Shown: positions 33,406 through 35,277 of the stretch, in pieces
How positions within the stretch are numbered: the first letter of the stretch is position 1
Layout: each line of letters starts with the position of its first letter
NCBI RefSeq assembly: GCF_020745735.1
Contig: NW_026867487.1
Coordinates: 5,101,239-5,136,515, forward strand
Source of the DNA: Hemiscyllium ocellatum
Taxonomy: Eukaryota
Direction: 5' to 3'
Length of the DNA: 35,277 bases
The notes under the pieces: generated by a model
Told to the model about the DNA's origin: nothing
The model's input: only the letters and a program-made list of their open reading frames with translations
Databases searched by the model: none
Program-made: the position numbers and the translations under genes

Positions 33406-35277
33406 CCAATGAAATGTAATATGTCCCATGGTCATGTTTTCAGAAACAGAATAGGGTTCACCATCTGCGCCAAACGTGTTTATGACCCTGGAACTTGAAG
33501 CACTTACTGCACAGGTTTCTGTTGACGGGTCGTTTGGAGGGTAGACGTGGAGAGGATGTTTTCTCTGATTGGACAGAGCAAATGGAGAGACCGCTTCTTG
33601 AAAGTAGTGTAACGCCCACTCATAACAGAGATGAAATATTTAGTTATTATTTTCTATGGGTGGGTCATGAGAACTCACTTTCAGAAAAGGTGATAGAAGT
33701 AAATTGTTCGAATATTTTTGAAAGGAAGTAGAAATATTACTGCTAAACAACAGGATGAAAGATAATCGGGAATAAATGGGGATGCTACGTTTGGTTACAA
33801 ACAGATCAGCCATAGTTTCATTAAATAGCGAAGCAGACTTGAGAGGACACACGGTCTACTGCTGTTCCTTGTTCCAATGCTACCTCTTTCTTGTTGCTGA
33901 GAGAATCTGTGCACAGTGACATACCACAGTGTCAGATAGCTGAAGCTCCTAGATGGCAAGCCATATTGTTCCCCATTTGACATTGATCTGATCGACCGAG
34001 GAATGTTCTGGGAATCTAAACTGCAGCTTGGAAGGAGGACACCCCAGTTGCAGATTCACAGGATAAAGGGATACCATTAGGGGACGCCCCACACCTTGCC
34101 ATTAATATATTGTTTCTCGTTCGTTGCTTCTCAGTAAACAAGTAATTCGCAAGAAATAAAAGTAAATCACCTCCTCCTCTTTATTGCTGTAAATCTTCAT
34201 TGTTATATACGATATAATTAATGTTGACAATGATAATGTTGTTTAGTCATCTTGGAATAGTTTACATCAAGAGTTAACGCAGATTGTCCAGCGACAAATT
34301 ACAGATATAAAGATTATTTTTAACACTAACAAAACTTAGAGTAAACAATGAACCCTCTATTGTGTTTCCCATTGTAAGATTTCGATGTACTGAGTATTAA
34401 CCAGAAGAGTTTGGTGTGCACTTATTTGCACGAAATCTGCTAAATCTGTGGAGTACCGTGGGTTCCATAGCACAGCACTGCACTGCAGAGTCATAAGTAA
34501 GTGTATTGCTGATCATGCATTAGGCAATCTGACCAATGCCGTCAAAGGTTGAAGAGAAACGTTCAGGGACGGCTGAATGTATTTTTGAATTCCTTCCTAC
34601 AATATGAACGACATTCCGTGGAGATTGTCCACGTGATTACTACAGCAGTAGATACATTTGATTGCTATTTATTCTTAAGATGTCAGTGACTGTGACATTT
34701 CTTCCCTATTCAATCATAATTTCAGGAACCAGCTGTGCCAATGTTGCTTGGTGTTTCCACTCAAATAGAAAACCTGGTCTAATAATCATCACCGTTATCA
34801 CCAGGACATCTGTTACGATCTCAATGGGAGCAATAACTTCGTCACAATACTCAGAGAGAACGGATACATGCTGGAAAGGAGATAGCTACTGTGAAATTAT
34901 AGCATGGTAAGGAGCAGTGAGAGACTGTTCTGCATAGTGCGACGTAATTGCAAAGCATTGCCATCCACATTATTCCCTTTGGAGCAAAAATACACATAAC
35001 TGACCTACTGCACCGGAGTGCAACTAATGACGATGCGAGATCCACATAGAATTGGCAATGTGGTCAGACTGAAAACAACAAAAAAAAATCTGATGGCGCT
35101 GCAGACTTGTATGTGCTACTGTGATACCCAATTTCAAAAATGCCTGATAAACGTGACCATGGCATCTATGGCAGGGAATCATATTCTGGCCCTGGCGATG
35201 CAAGCACTGAATCTTGACAAAGGTAATGATGTTGACATCAAGCCTTAAGATCTGAATTTTGCCATTTCTTCATGTAA

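Noticed and set aside
34726-35081. TTTCAG|GTSCANVA start, TACTGC at ~35006 and CACATAG plus an A-rich tract, as a V pseudogene
   Set aside because: No first Cys or Trp in register, and the Cys-to-heptamer distance (31 nt) is too long.
1-35277. D, J or constant-region exons and NAR-TCR V domains
   Set aside because: I found no 12-RSS with an FGxG motif, no doubly flanked D segment and no C1-set exon, so alpha versus delta usage cannot be assigned from this window.

Overview
Eukaryotic, gene-poor DNA that looks like part of a cartilaginous-fish (shark-like) T-cell receptor alpha/delta V-segment array. The taxon is inferred from the repeat families (CR1, Penelope-derived mini-elements, DeuSINE-like SINE). 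Six V segments are readable. Two are apparently intact: V3 (leader 16182-16227, exon 17089-17392, +) and V6 (29076-29554, -). One has an open frame but no canonical leader and is Cys-rich: V2 (12803-13106, -). Three are clear pseudogenes: V1 (2478-2991, +), V4 (18381-18925, -) and V5 (19429-19906, -). No D, J or C segments were found. Most of the window (about 1.8-30.2 kb) is one old inverted duplication, with left arm ~1780-14190, spacer ~1.3 kb and right arm ~15530-30250. Arm-specific insertions and deletions let events be ordered. Other notable structures are a near-perfect 469-bp palindrome (32937-33405), hairpin mini-elements carrying hammerhead-ribozyme cores, and short blocks conserved between the arms, one with TCF/LEF, ETS and RUNX-like motifs. 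All alignments were done by eye. Boundaries marked ~ are approximate and no database search was run.
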